DNA from: Eledone cirrhosa
Lineage: Eukaryota
Reading direction: 5' to 3'
Length of the DNA stretch: 64,000 bases
Assembly (NCBI GenBank): GCA_964016885.1
Contig: OZ024746.1
Location: 4,588,001 to 4,652,000 of the forward strand
Part shown: in pieces, positions 43,283 to 56,310 of the stretch
How the letters are laid out: each line of letters starts with the position of its first letter
How positions within the stretch are numbered: position 1 is the first letter of the stretch
Position numbers and translations under genes: made by a program
Notes under the pieces: model-generated
Seen by the model: only the letters and a program-made list of their open reading frames with translations
Told to the model about the DNA's origin: nothing
The model's database searches: none

Positions 43283-43544
43283 GTCCCTCTCTATATATTT
43301 TCATGCGAACTCATCATTCTATAGAACTGTCCTAGGAAACCATGGAGCGTTTGTGGTGACATAGGTTCTATTTTGAGATAAATCCCTTCAATTGTTCATC
43401 TATTTACTCTTGTGATTTGCAGCAGCAATCAATAAGCCTGTAGACCATCGACCTCTCCATCAAATCCTTGGCCTTCATTAACCCCAGACGTATACAAAAA
43501 TAATTAAATAAATCAGTAAACAAAATATAAAATAAATAGACATA

Positions 43545-43727
43545 AGGAGACCTACGGGTAGACCCCGAAAAAGATGGTTGGCTAACATCCATGAGCTTGG
43601 CTGATCTCTCCTAGGGATACAGCGGGATCAGTTGGAGGCGGTTGCTTCTGACAGGACCTGCTGCAAGGTGTGTTTCAGGACTTTGCCCTCATGACCCTCT
43701 CAGGAATAAGTGGACAAAGAAGAAGAT
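43545..43727 (+). pseudogene. 3' end of an RTE (Expander/Rex3-like) LINE; related fragments at 53670-53885 and 58590-58797
   Basis: RRPTGRPRKRWLANIHELG*SLLGIQRDQLEAVASDR, then GAAGAAGA tail. Confidence 0.75.
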
Positions 43728-43756
43728 TAATTGTATATAAATTAGGAATCTGTATA

Positions 43757-43939
43757 ATTGTTTCTACTTTTGGCACAAGGCCAGCAATTATTCCAGTGTA
43801 TTACTGGTACTTTATTTTATCGATCCCTTAAGGATGAAAGGCAAAGTTAAGCTCGGCGCGATTTGAACTCAGACCATAAAGGGCCGTAACTCTTTGATGC
43901 AATGCATGGCGTCCGACCCTCTACCGATACTGCCAATCC
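43757..43939 (-). mobile_element. family-A SINE; further minus-strand copies at 46990-47180, 47991-48177, 50751-50852 and 60385-60574
   Basis: Same consensus; the 60385 copy has TSD TATGGTACT(A/T)ATTAAT. Confidence 0.9.
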
Positions 43940-44474
43940 AGCATGAAGTTGTGTTTTATGTATTTTTGTCTCTTATATAAATGTCAGAGGTTTGGGCCTA
44001 AAAGTTTATTTGACCCTGTGGTATAATATACAGTAACAGGGCCAACATCGTCCCCTTTCGGGACCACTGCAGTGAAGGGATAAATTCTATGATCATTTCT
44101 TACTAAATCAGAAAAAAATGCCACTAAATCTCGATAGCTCAAAAATGACGATTAATTTTATATTCTCCATCCTGTCCACTGGACCCTAGCTTTTTATAAT
44201 GATAAGATATATTTGGTGACTGTGTTTACTTGTTGAACTACAGAGTACACCGAGTGCATAAATCTTACAATAAAGCCAGAAGATGGGTCAGCTAGCTTGT
44301 AGCTTTTATCTACTCAGGCGCTTATCAAATACTCTGTTATATACAAGGTTGTGGAGATCTTTAAAGATAAGTGTAGATGGGTTTTGTTTTCAATTAATAT
44401 GACTCACAATTCATGAGCCATTATGGAAATGTTTCAATGTGCATGTGTAAATGCAGATACATGTGCATATAGAT

Positions 44475-44510
<36 letters not shown>

Positions 44511-44656
44511 GCATCCATCCATACACGCACACACACACGCATATATATATATATATATATATACATGCAGCCATCCATACACGCACACGCACACACACAT
44601 ATATATATATATATATGTATGTGTGTATGTGAATGCGTGTGTTTGTGTATGTATGC

Positions 44657-44728
<72 letters not shown>

Positions 44729-45393
44729 GCATACATACACAAACACACGCATTCACATACACACATACATATATACATAGAAATGGTGGGATAAAGAAGC
44801 GAAAATGTCACCTGCTGGTGTATGACTTTACTTTGTAAGGCGACAGGGGACAAGATGGCGTCACACAGCAATGTCAACACCTTGCCGTGAAGTAGGAGAG
44901 GAAATAAATGAATAGCCATCGATTTTATAAATAATAGATAAATCCTTCGACAAAATTTGAAAGCATTTTTTGTTTTTTACGACACATTCATTTTAAGAAC
45001 CTTTTTCGTTTGGGCTTCTGGATCCCTAAATAATTTTAACAGCAATACTCCGCATAAATTTAATATTAAGATAATTTCCAGCTGACTGGATAAAGTGTTA
45101 GAATTCCTGACTTAGTCACACCGCTGTTCAAGTTTGGTCTGTTAATCTTCATATATTAAATCATGCTTCTTCTTCTGTAATGGTTAATCTTCCATTGATG
45201 TTGTTGATTAGATATTATTTAACCCAGAGGTGGAGAACCATTTCATCTTGAAAGGCCACATTAAGTTACTTGTAATATAATATGGCCACATTCAAGAAAC
45301 CATAATTTTATATTCTTAAAATTTACATTATTTGGTAAAAATCTCATTTGTGTCTAGACTGAGCATTATGGTGCTGATGCCACATTGCACATA

Positions 45394-45717
45394 TACATAC
45401 ACATATTATTACATAAGTGATACTGGTGGTACATACACACATTATTACATAAGTGATACTGGTGGTACATACACATATTATTACATAAGTGATACTGGTG
45501 GTACATACACACATTATTACATAAGTGATACTGGTGGTACATACACATATTATTACATAAGTGATACTGGTGGTACATACACACATTATTACATAAGTGA
45601 TACTGGTGGTACATACACACATTATTACATAAGTGATACTGGTGGTACATACACACATTATTACATAAGTGATACTGGTGGTACATACACACATTATTAC
45701 ATAAGTGATACTGGTGG
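45394..45717. repeat. 36-bp minisatellite, 9 copies, fused to the 5' end of a family-A SINE (45712-45897)
   Basis: Unit ACATACACACATTATTACATAAGTGATACTGGTGGT. Confidence 0.95.
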
Positions 45718-45905
45718 ATTGGTAGTATTGGTAGAGGGTCGGACGCCATGCTTTGACGCATAGAGTACAGCCCTTGTCATTCTGAGTTCAAATCCCACCG
45801 AGGTTAACTTTGCCTTTCATCCTTACGGTGTCGATAAAATAAAGTACCAGTAATGTACTGAGTAATTGCTGGCCTTGTGCCAAATGTAGAAACAATTATT
45901 TAACC

Positions 45906-46370
45906 CAGAAGTGGGGAACCTTTACATCTTGAAAGGCCACATTAAGTTACTTGTAATATAATAAGGCCATATTCAATAAACCATAATTATATATTCTTAA
46001 AATTTACATTATTTTGTAAACATTTAATTACTATCTACTAATTATCTAAAAAAAACGAGAAAAATTAACTTTAAAGCTAACTACCTTTAAATGACTTTGT
46101 TGTGACTGCTGTAGGAAAGTATTGAGGTCCTTATGATCTTTAAGGTCCTTATAATTGAGGTCCTTATAATTGTTTAATTCTGTCCATGTGAATTATATCA
46201 TTGAATTTTCTTTTACTCTTTCGTATTTAAAATACGTTCATCTTATGTTTAAATTGAAATAATAAGAGATAGACAAAAACATAGTAAAAAATTTTAATGT
46301 ATTGGAAATGTTTTATTCTTTCAAACGGCCACACAGAATGGCATTGAAGGCTACAGGTTCCCCGTCTCTG
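45906..46370. mobile_element. hAT(Charlie)-like MITE
   Basis: TIRs CAGAAGTGGGGAACCT / AGGTTCCCCGTCTCTG; flanks ATTTAACC / GTTTAACA (6/8 match). Confidence 0.75.
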
Positions 46371-48585
46371 GTTTAACACATCAGCCCTAAGGCAAGCAGC
46401 GCTATCGTGAAAGGCTTTTAAGCTCGGCCTAACCCGGGTTTCTTTGTTAATAGGAACCACATTGACTTTCCTTTTTAAAACTTCAGTTAATGGATATTTG
46501 ACTGTTATTTTTAGCATGTAACGCGGCCACATAGAAGCTTTCTCTCACTTTGTGTTCCGGTCTGGTCAGTTGAACTGCTAAAAATAGCAGCTAAATCTAC
46601 TTTATACTATAACAAAATCTTAACACTTTAGCATTTAAACCGGACATATCCGGCCAGAATTCTCTCACCTCTTTCTGTTCAAACTGGCTGTAACCGACTG
46701 CCTATACTGATGTTAAGGTATTATTCTCAAAATAAATAATATCAAAATCTCATAGCTTCAATATTATGTGAGATAATTATGTGAAGTAAAGCCTTTACCG
46801 TGAAAATATAATTGTATATATAGAGTAATGTGAATGCTAAAGGGTTAGGAAAAGGAAGAACACAATAAATAACGCACACCGTCTTAAAGACAGATGGAAT
46901 GGTCATGGTTGGGATGTCTTTAATAATGAGTCCAGCTGATCAGGGCTGAGTAACAAAACCCATCCTCCAGACCAAAAGGATAACATATAATAGTTTCTGG
47001 CACAAGGCCAACAATTTTGGGAGAAAGGTAAGTCGACCCAGTACATTACTGGTACTTTATTTTATCGACCCTGTAACGATGAAAGGCAAAGCTAAGCTCG
47101 GCGGGATTTGAACTCAACGTAAAGGGACGTAACTTTATGCCACAAAGTATGTTGTCTGACGCTCTACCAATTCTGCCGCCCTGAGGTCACTGTGTTCTCC
47201 CTTAACTCCAGTTTGATATATAAGGGGGGGGGGGGGTTACTGGATTTCTCTCCCCTTCTCTATATAGTCTCCTCTCCCTTTTCTTCCACCACTACCTCCT
47301 CTATATAGTCTCCTCTCCCTTCTATTCCACCACTACCTCTTCTATATACCTCTCCCTTCTCTTCTTAGACTAATAAATTAGAAAGATCTTCTGGGTATTG
47401 GCATTTGCATTTTTTCGCGTTTACTTTGGTGGTTGGAGGGGGGTGATGATGGTGGTGGTGGTGGTGTTGGTATGTGTCTGGTGGTGGTGGTGTTGGTATG
47501 TGGTGGTGGTGATGGTGGTGGTGGCGGTGTTGGTATGTGTGTAATGGTGGTGGTATGGTCGTAGTGGTGTTGGTTTCGTTATGTTGATGTTGGTGTAATG
47601 ATGGTGGCAGTAGTTATTGTGGTGGTTGTATTTCAATAGTAGTAGGGATAGGGGAAGATCTGATACGGTCTCTAGTCGTGGTAGAGGTAATGGTGGTGGT
47701 TTTTGTAGCATCCGTCCTGGTTGTTAGGGGGTAGGGAGGTATGGGGGAAGGAGAAACGCATTTTAAATTTGTCCATATTGGCTGAAGCCGACCCGTGGAC
47801 CAGATGTCAAAGTAGCGGAAAAGAGATGCTGTAGTGTTTCCCACAGTGTGTCATTTAACCTTGTGCCTACTTGTTGTCCCTTGAGAGTTAAATGTCTCGG
47901 CGATCAACAATGCAGTTTTCTGGTAGCAAAATAAGAACCACTGCTGGCTGATACCCTGTCAAATAGGCAGCGAATAGGCAGAGTTGTTATAATTGTTTCT
48001 ACTTTTGGCACAAGGCCAGCAATTATCCTAGTGTATTACTGGTACTTTATTTTATCGACGCCGTAAGGATGAAAGGCAAAGTTAACCTCGGCGGGATTTG
48101 AACTCAGACCATAAAGGGCAGTAACTCTTTGCTGCAAAGCATGGCGTCCGACCCTCTTCCGATACTGCCAATCCACCAGATAGATTTATAGTACTCGTTC
48201 TGGCATTCTTAGTTCAAATCCCACCGATGTCAAATTTGTCTTTCATCCACTCAAGGTCGATAAAAAAGTACCAGTCAAGTACTGGGATCGATTCTTCCTC
48301 TATATCTCTTTCTCACTTCCATTCTCACACTCTCTCTATCCTTCTCTGGAAGAAATCTGCTGTAGTCAGACCTAGAGAGGAGATGGGTTTCGCCAAGTTT
48401 AAAATTTGCCCTATAAACGCCCTGTGTAAATACGATACCCCTACTCCCTCGGAATTTACGGATCCATGTACCCTGCTGAATATGACATTCAAGGTCTTTG
48501 GAGAAATACATTGATACCACAACTTCACAGTTCATAACCAGTGTTACTTAACAATGTTGAGAACAATAACACCGTTGGTGATAGA

Positions 48586-48676
<91 letters not shown>

Positions 48677-48680
<4 letters not shown>

Positions 48681-48918
48681 CAGTTCACACCTATGCGGGT
48701 TTAGCTGGCCTCCTCCAAGGTATATCTCGTTGGAGGTGTCTTCAGTAATATAATGATAGGGACCCCAGTCCTATCATCTCATTTCTACAGCTGAGTAAAC
48801 TGGAGCAATGTGAAATAAAGTGTCTTGCTCAAGGTAACAACACATCACCCGGTCCGAGAATTGAACTCACAACCTTTCGATTACAGGCCCAATGCTCTAA
48901 CCACTAAGCTAAGCATGG
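48677..48918 (-). mobile_element. CORE-type tRNA-derived SINE (family B) with (CA)n tail
   Basis: Near-identical inverse of 54028-54270; CCTTGAGCAAGACACTTTATTTCAC..CAGCTGTAGAAATG resembles the CORE domain. Confidence 0.85.
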
Positions 48919-50282
48919 TTAAACAACGGTTTAACCATGGATTGACAGACGGTTTAATGACCAGAGTTACAAGGCCGGTAATTGGGTTTCAATGCAGCGA
49001 TTTATCGGTTTTCATTTCGATGTGTGTATATTTCGCCGATATATGTGAACACGTACGTGTATAGGCGAGCACAAACATACACATACACTCACTTACACAC
49101 ATACACAGACACATACATGCACACACTTGTCCAAGACACCGCGCAGTAGGATTGAAGCCGAAATCACTTGGTTATGAAGTATAATTCTTAACCTTATAGC
49201 TATGCCTGGCTTATTCCCATAAGTTTGTCGATAGAGGACGAGGGTGCTTCAGCCAAGCTGCTTTCTTCCCCTTGACTTATTACATGAACATAAAAGGGTT
49301 CAGTGATGTTACAATGATACAATGACCTAATGGATTACGTGACATTATTTGCTGTGAAGAGATATTACAATATTATGATACTCTATACTGAAGTGTTAAA
49401 CAGTCTCTTTATAGTATGTAGAATATTCATATGAATAATCCTGAGTCATATTTCTTTGCAAACTTCTACGCTTCAAGTCGCAGTATCACGATATACTAAC
49501 ACGAATGCCACATGGTTAAAATCGGGAAATGGATGGCTTTTTGGAGTAAGCAAACAACAAGAAATGGAAATCATTTAGCTGAGAATTAAATAATATTACT
49601 TTTTTTCCTTCGGTCAACTAATTTTTCAGGTTTAATGTAAACATTTCGTTCAAAGCTTTGCCTTTTCTGAAGTCAGCAAATTAATATGTAGATGTTTACT
49701 TGAGGAAAATATTACTTGAATTTGCTAACTTTCACTTTTGGTATTATCTGTCACCCAAACCAATGAAATATGTTTTATTCAAACAATATGTAAAGCAAAT
49801 AAAGAAGAAATGCTGTAGCAATAAATTAACCAAATGCAGCTCATTACTAATGGGAAATATTGGATAGAAGAAAAATAGTTATTCTCTTTCTCTTCTCCTA
49901 CTGTCATTATTCAAATATTTCATAATATTTTGTTAAAGTCTTTGTTAGCGGGTTTGTGTTAGAAAACTGGTTTAAAAGACAAACGATGGGGGTTTCGTAT
50001 TGACCCCGACAAAAATATTTATTTTCAATTGCGAGAAGCACTTCATTGTTGGAGTAATTAATAAACGTTTCTTTAGCTATAAATAGTAAACTATAACTAT
50101 CTGATGAGTAAATCATGTGATCAATGAACTTCAAATGGAAAATATAGAAAGAATTCCGAGTAGAAACGACATAAAAACGCTAGCTTAAGAATAAAAGTGA
50201 TTCTCCGTGATATGTAAATAGGTAGAGATAAGAGCTTGCCTTGAGATCATAATTGTTGTATTTGAACAATAGATAATAAATC

Positions 50283-50655
50283 TTAGGTCCCAAATAATAG
50301 AGGGGTGGAATAAAGGAGAAAGAAGATTGAAATAAGCGGGGGTGGGGTGGAAAATCGATAATTTTTCTTGGTTGTCTCCGTTGACTTTTTCTTAAAAACC
50401 AGAATTAGTCGTTTAGTTTACTTATTGAGACCGCAACCCATTCTATTTATTTTATAACATATGGGATTTCTATAATGTACTTTTTTTGTCCTGTATAATG
50501 TTTTTTAATGTCTAAAGAAGATTAATTATCGCAGGAATGCTACCACTTAAAATAAAATTTCGCTGGAGATAGATTAGGAAAATTTAATAATCAGAGGGGA
50601 GGGTTGAAAAATTAAAAAAATTAATAAGCGGGGTGATTATTCGGGACCTAGAAGT
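50283..50655. mobile_element. MITE of uncertain superfamily (partial second copy 61156-61445)
   Basis: Inverted ends TAGGTCCCAAATAAT / ATTATTCGGGACCTA; homologous body in the second copy. Confidence 0.7.
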
Positions 50656-52276
50656 ACATCTAAACTATAATAAAGTAAGTTGTGCGGGACTGCGTCCAGA
50701 ATATATTTTTTATCCCGTTTGTAAAATAAGTTGGATTAGTTTAAATAAATAATTGTTTCTACTTTTGGCACAAGGCCAGCAATTACCCAGTGTATTACTG
50801 GTACTTTATTTTATCGACCCTGTAAGGATGAAAGACAAAGTTAACCTCGGCAATGAATGACTATTACATCATTTATCTACTAAATTTTGTTATTCTTGAT
50901 TAAATATAAATAATTTTGTTGCTTATTTTAAGATTCACTTTAAAATTTTCAAATGTCAACATTTTCGGTTAGCGATCGCTTAAATAAACATTCTTATATT
51001 TCCGTCACTAATTTTCTCCTAATGCAGTTTACATATAATATCGTCTTTTTTTAATGTATCATGGATTACGTTACTGATTACATAAGACAGTGTAACGTAG
51101 TCTTCGTTCAATTTCTGTGGATATTGTCAATTACGATTTTATTTGATGTATCATATCTACATGTATATATACTTGCGTATAATATCAATATACAGACTAC
51201 ACATGCTAGCAGAAAATGTTCTACTAGTCTCAATAAAAGAGGTAAAACATTCTTTAAATACTTAGAAATAGAAATGTTGAAGATCTAGAATATGATCGAA
51301 CATGCCAACCCTGGACGCCATAAAACCTAATTTTAAAATATAGAAAAATGAAAGCGCAATTTTCTGAAGTTCAACATATATATTTTCATTGAAATTATAA
51401 ACATTTCTTTTTTAGAAACTGTTATGTTTTTTGTGATTTTGTATTTGTTTTTTTTTTAAACGAATAATTCGAATAATTAAAGAAAGTTAGATAACATCTA
51501 TACACGGAACTTTCAATGTTAACTGAAGTTGGAATGATGCAGAAAGAAAAAGAATGAGAATTTCAAACGAAGTTTCTGAAAATCTCGCTTATATGAAAGG
51601 CAGTGAGAGACTTGTCCTTTCCTACGTATCTCTGTATCTTTCTATTGTATTTAAATACGATACTATTGTCTGAACTTGTTTGCATAAAATGTTGTTTATT
51701 TGCGACCCCACTCAGAAAATAATTGACACATTCAACCTTTAGCTAATAATTTAAATTTAGTTTTTCTTATTCAATTATTTGGCCTTCTTTGCAGAGTTAG
51801 ATATTATAGTCATTATTCACTGAAGGGGAGGGTTGGTTTGTAGCTTCGAATGGAAGTAGATTTGTTAACCCTAATTGACTTATACAATAATTAAACTTAT
51901 ACAGTAATTAGAAATACTTTGAGAAGAATCCATATTTTGCTAATTTATAAAATAAGACCTCATTAAGAAACATCTCATGAGAGAAAAAGTATGAATTTGA
52001 TAGAAAATTAGAAAATTAGTATTTAACATAGAAATTCATTAAATGCTGCAGTTAAAACTGAGAAACGTATTCAACATATTCGATACTTACACATGCAGTG
52101 ATGTACAGTTGATTTGATTATATATCATTAATTCGTTTATTGATTAGTGTATTCACTAAATATACAATTACGCTGGAGAGTAATAAGGTGTAATGTTCTT
52201 TTAATGATGAAGTCGAAGTTGGAGAATGATGTATTAATTCGGTGACTTCCGTAATCTCTCTCTTTCTCTCTCTCTG

Positions 52277-52316
<40 letters not shown>

Positions 52317-52320
52317 AATC

Positions 52321-52369
52321 GCTTCTACAGGACTAGAACTGTTTCATTCGAAGAAAATCATCAGGAAAC
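52321..52369 (-). ncRNA. type I hammerhead ribozyme with U-U-closed short stem II, in an inverted duplication
   Basis: GTTTC CTGATGA TTTTCTTCGAAT GAAA CAG TTCTAGTC CTG TA GAAGC: stem I GTTTC/GAAGC, stem III ACAG/CTGT, GUA triplet. Confidence 0.72.
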
Positions 52370-52470
52370 AACAGTTCTAGTCCTGTAGAAGCCATTTCTA
52401 TATTAAAAAGTTATACTCTGTTATTTATTGAGTACCTTACTTACTGTGGTTACCCCCGATTGAACACGGG

Positions 52471-52555
<85 letters not shown>

Positions 52556-54027
52556 TTTGTAAGAGTGCATGTGTGTGTGTGTGTGTGTGTGTGTGAAGGG
52601 AGAGGAAGAAGGTGGGGAGTCAGTAAGGAGGGAAATTTCGGACTGCCTGTAGGTTGTTACTAATTTACTTATTGGAAAATGATATTTTTCGACATGAAAT
52701 ACGGGCTTCTATCAGTAATCTCTCCATATCAAGTCCCTACCTCTAGATATCCCCCTTATCTTAATGTTACTCCAACGTCATCGTTCCTGTGTCAATTAAA
52801 GTTTGTTTCTACCGCAGTATTTTCTGACCATTGTATGTAATGGTTCGGTCTAGTCAGTATTATCAATTTGACATTCAGTAAGCTGGATGCAGCATGGCCG
52901 AATATTTAAGAAGTTCTCTTTGGAATCATGAGGCCTCGAGTTCGATCTCACTGTTGGATTCTACCTATAATTCAAAGAACCAGTCAATGAATAACATTAA
53001 AGTCAGACGTGTCTGGAATGTTCAATCACTTACTAGTTAATTTCATGTACATGCTGTTCTGTTGATCGAACAAATCGAACCTTGTTCGTCGCAACCGACG
53101 GTTGTCCATTTGATTCAATAGGAATTTATTAAGTACTATGTGGTCATGACCTCCAGTTCATTTCAACCAGTAAAATACTCTAAAACTACTTATCTAGAAA
53201 AGTTGTGGTTATTGTGTCCAAAGCAATATGGCTCCTAAATGGATTCAGTAAATTCTAGCGTCTTGATTTAAAACTGAAATATCACTCAAACTAATGTGTC
53301 AATAGTCCAGTTAGTGAACATCACTAATGTAATGAAATCATGTGTTATAATTACTATTATCGATAAAATAGTTGCTAGGATATTCTGCAAAACAATTTGA
53401 ATCCCCCTGAGAAGACTAATATATTTAAGATGATGTCTATCCGAAGAATGCATCATGAAACTCGTCAGTGGTTCTCACCAGAACAAGTAGGTTTAATGAA
53501 ACGAAGCAGAATATTTATAGAAATTTATACATTGATACGTTGGTTCTAGTGAAGGTACATGGCTTAGTAGTTAGAGCGTTGGGCTTACAATCGGAAGATT
53601 GTGAATTCGATTCTCGAACGGGGTGATGCGTTGTGTCCTTGAGCAAGACACTTTATTTCGCGTTTCTCCAGGAAAGAATCGATAGATAGATGTTAGGGGT
53701 GAAACCAACCGACAGGAAACCTAGGAGTAGAATGATTGGAGAACGTCCATGAGTTCGACTGATATCGTTTAAGGATACAGCCGGATCAATTGTGTTCAGT
53801 TGTTTTTGACAAGAGCCACTGGAAGGAGTATTTGGGGGGGGGGGTCTGCCCCATGACTCTCTCGGGAAGAAGAAGAAGAAGAAGAATACTTATGGTTGTG
53901 TAGAAGCTTCATTTACACGACTTACACAAAGCTTTAGGGGTTTCTAGCCGCTATCTCCAGATAAACTACAATACTAAAGCTGTTTCCAAAAGGTCTCGTA
54001 TATATATTCTACTGGAGCTAAATGAAA

Positions 54028-54270
54028 GCGCATGGCTTAGTGGTTAGAGCATTGGGCTTGCAATCGAAAGGTTGTCAGTTCAATTCTCGGACCGGGTGAT
54101 GTGTTGTTTCATTGAGCAAAACTTTATTTCACGTTGCTCCAGTTTACTCAGCTGTAGAAATGAGATGATAGGGAATGGGGTCCCTATCATTAAATTACCC
54201 AAGACACCTCCAACGAGATATACCTTGGAGGAGGCCAGCTAAACCTGCATAGGTGTGAGCTGTCACACAC
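54028..54270 (+). mobile_element. CORE-type SINE family B; other copies at 53557-53670, 55430-55630, 56065-56120(-) and 63478-63655
   Basis: A box TGGCTTAGTGG, B-box-like AGTTCAATTCT, CORE-like body. Confidence 0.85.
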
Positions 54271-55325
54271 ACGCACAAATGAAATGCTTAAAGCAAATTC
54301 CAACTCATGACTTATAGGTTTGTTTTTTGTGTTTTTTATACCGAACCTACTTTACACATCTATGACTAATTTAAAGAATTCCAGATAGCTATGTATCATA
54401 CAGAACATCAGACGTAACCGAAACTCTCTGAAAACTTTAATTTTCTATGAACAGTGTCAAATGTATTTGTCAGATATATATATATATATATATATATATA
54501 GGAACGGTTTCTCACTGCAGTTTCACTGAAGTCAATAAGTAGCAAACATCATTTCATTAAGAAGATAAATGTTCTGCCAGATGATTAACGAGATGTGACC
54601 ATGTGATTCTGAGAACACCTTGTAGGCTACAGATAACAATAATAATATCGATAAAGCGATTTCCTTTGTACAGAACCACCATAATTTCGCGCCTCCAATC
54701 CTAATGGACAGAACCATCTTTCCAGTATATTTTTATAACAATGGCTATAATAGATTTCTTGCTTCCACTTTGGCGTAGTTCTACATCTCAGATGAAATAC
54801 CATATTTCCCAAATGACCTTCTAAAGCTGGTTTGTTTATTGCCTTGTTAATCTCATTATATCTTCACAAATGACAATGAAATTAATACCATGCACAAACA
54901 AACGTACATTCACACAAAACAACATGAATATAGTCAGCCATATCGTGTGTATGAGTGAGTATATACGTTCATAGAAACATAAATAGAAACAGCGCTACCT
55001 ACACGATATATACTCACACTTATATTGTGGCAGACGTAAGATATTACATATGCCCAGTCTTGTCACCACCTGACCTGTCCACTAATATTGTGTTAGTGTA
55101 TATGTGAGGTGTGATATGAATGTATACTGTAAGTTCTATTTGGTGTTATTTAATACATACACATGTATAATATATACAGACATAATAATATAGTTATAAC
55201 TGTATATATGTATATAGAGTCGGTAATATGGTTCAGGGGAGAAATCAGAAACGTATTTATTAGAAAGGGAAAGAGAGAGAGAGAGATAAACACACACACA
55301 GGTACGAACACGCATATATATACAT

Positions 55326-55418
<93 letters not shown>

Positions 55419-55633
55419 TGTGTGTGTGTGTGGTTAGAGTATTCGGCTTACAATCGTAAGGTTGTGAGTTTGATTCCCGGCGACACGTTGTGTCCTTGAG
55501 CAAGACACTTTATTTTACGTTGCTCCAGTCCTCTCAACTGGCAAAAATGAGTTGTACCGGTAATTCGAAGGTCCAGCCTTGTCACATTCTTTACCACGCT
55601 GAATCTCCCTGAGAACTACGTCAACGGTACGTA

Positions 55634-55765
55634 TACTAACAATACACCCTCTAATGGTACTACAGTACATGTACTAATAATAGTACTAACAATACACCCT
55701 CTAATGGTACTACAGTACATGTACTAATAATAGTACTAACAATACACCCTCTAATGGTACTACAG
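55634..55765. repeat. 50-bp tandem repeat, 2.6 copies
   Basis: TACTAACAATACACC at 55634, 55684 and 55734. Confidence 0.9.
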
Positions 55766-56013
55766 TGTAGGTAATGTCCCAACAGAATTAACTAAACGAC
55801 CACAACACAAGATAAACCACATTCCACCCTACATCACGAGAAGGAAAGATTTTTCGAAGAAGCTTTTAAAAGTTTTTTTAAGAGTTTTTTTTATATTTTT
55901 CAAGTTTTTTAAAGGTTTTTATGTCGTCGGAAGACTTCAGGCTATCCAAATTGACAGTCTTCAGTGAAATATGTAAACCTAAATCAACTGCCTATGGCCT
56001 CCGATCTTTTTAA

Positions 56014-56067
<54 letters not shown>

Positions 56068-56274
56068 CTGGAGCAACGTGAAATAAAATGTCTTGCTCAA
56101 GGAAACAACACATCACCCGTGGGATGGCGTCATCGTATGGCTAAAACAGCACGTGCTGTGACGAGCGGCGCCGAATGGTGCCCGACAGACTGGTCGGTCA
56201 AGGTGATCAAGGATATATATATATATATATATATATATACATTGAGTTCTATCTACACCAGACGTAGACTTCAC

Positions 56275-56310
<36 letters not shown>

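Noticed and set aside
52318-52326. ATCGCTTCT, the 5' end of U2 snRNA
   Set aside because: The match stops after 9 nt; the sequence belongs to the HHR inverted repeat
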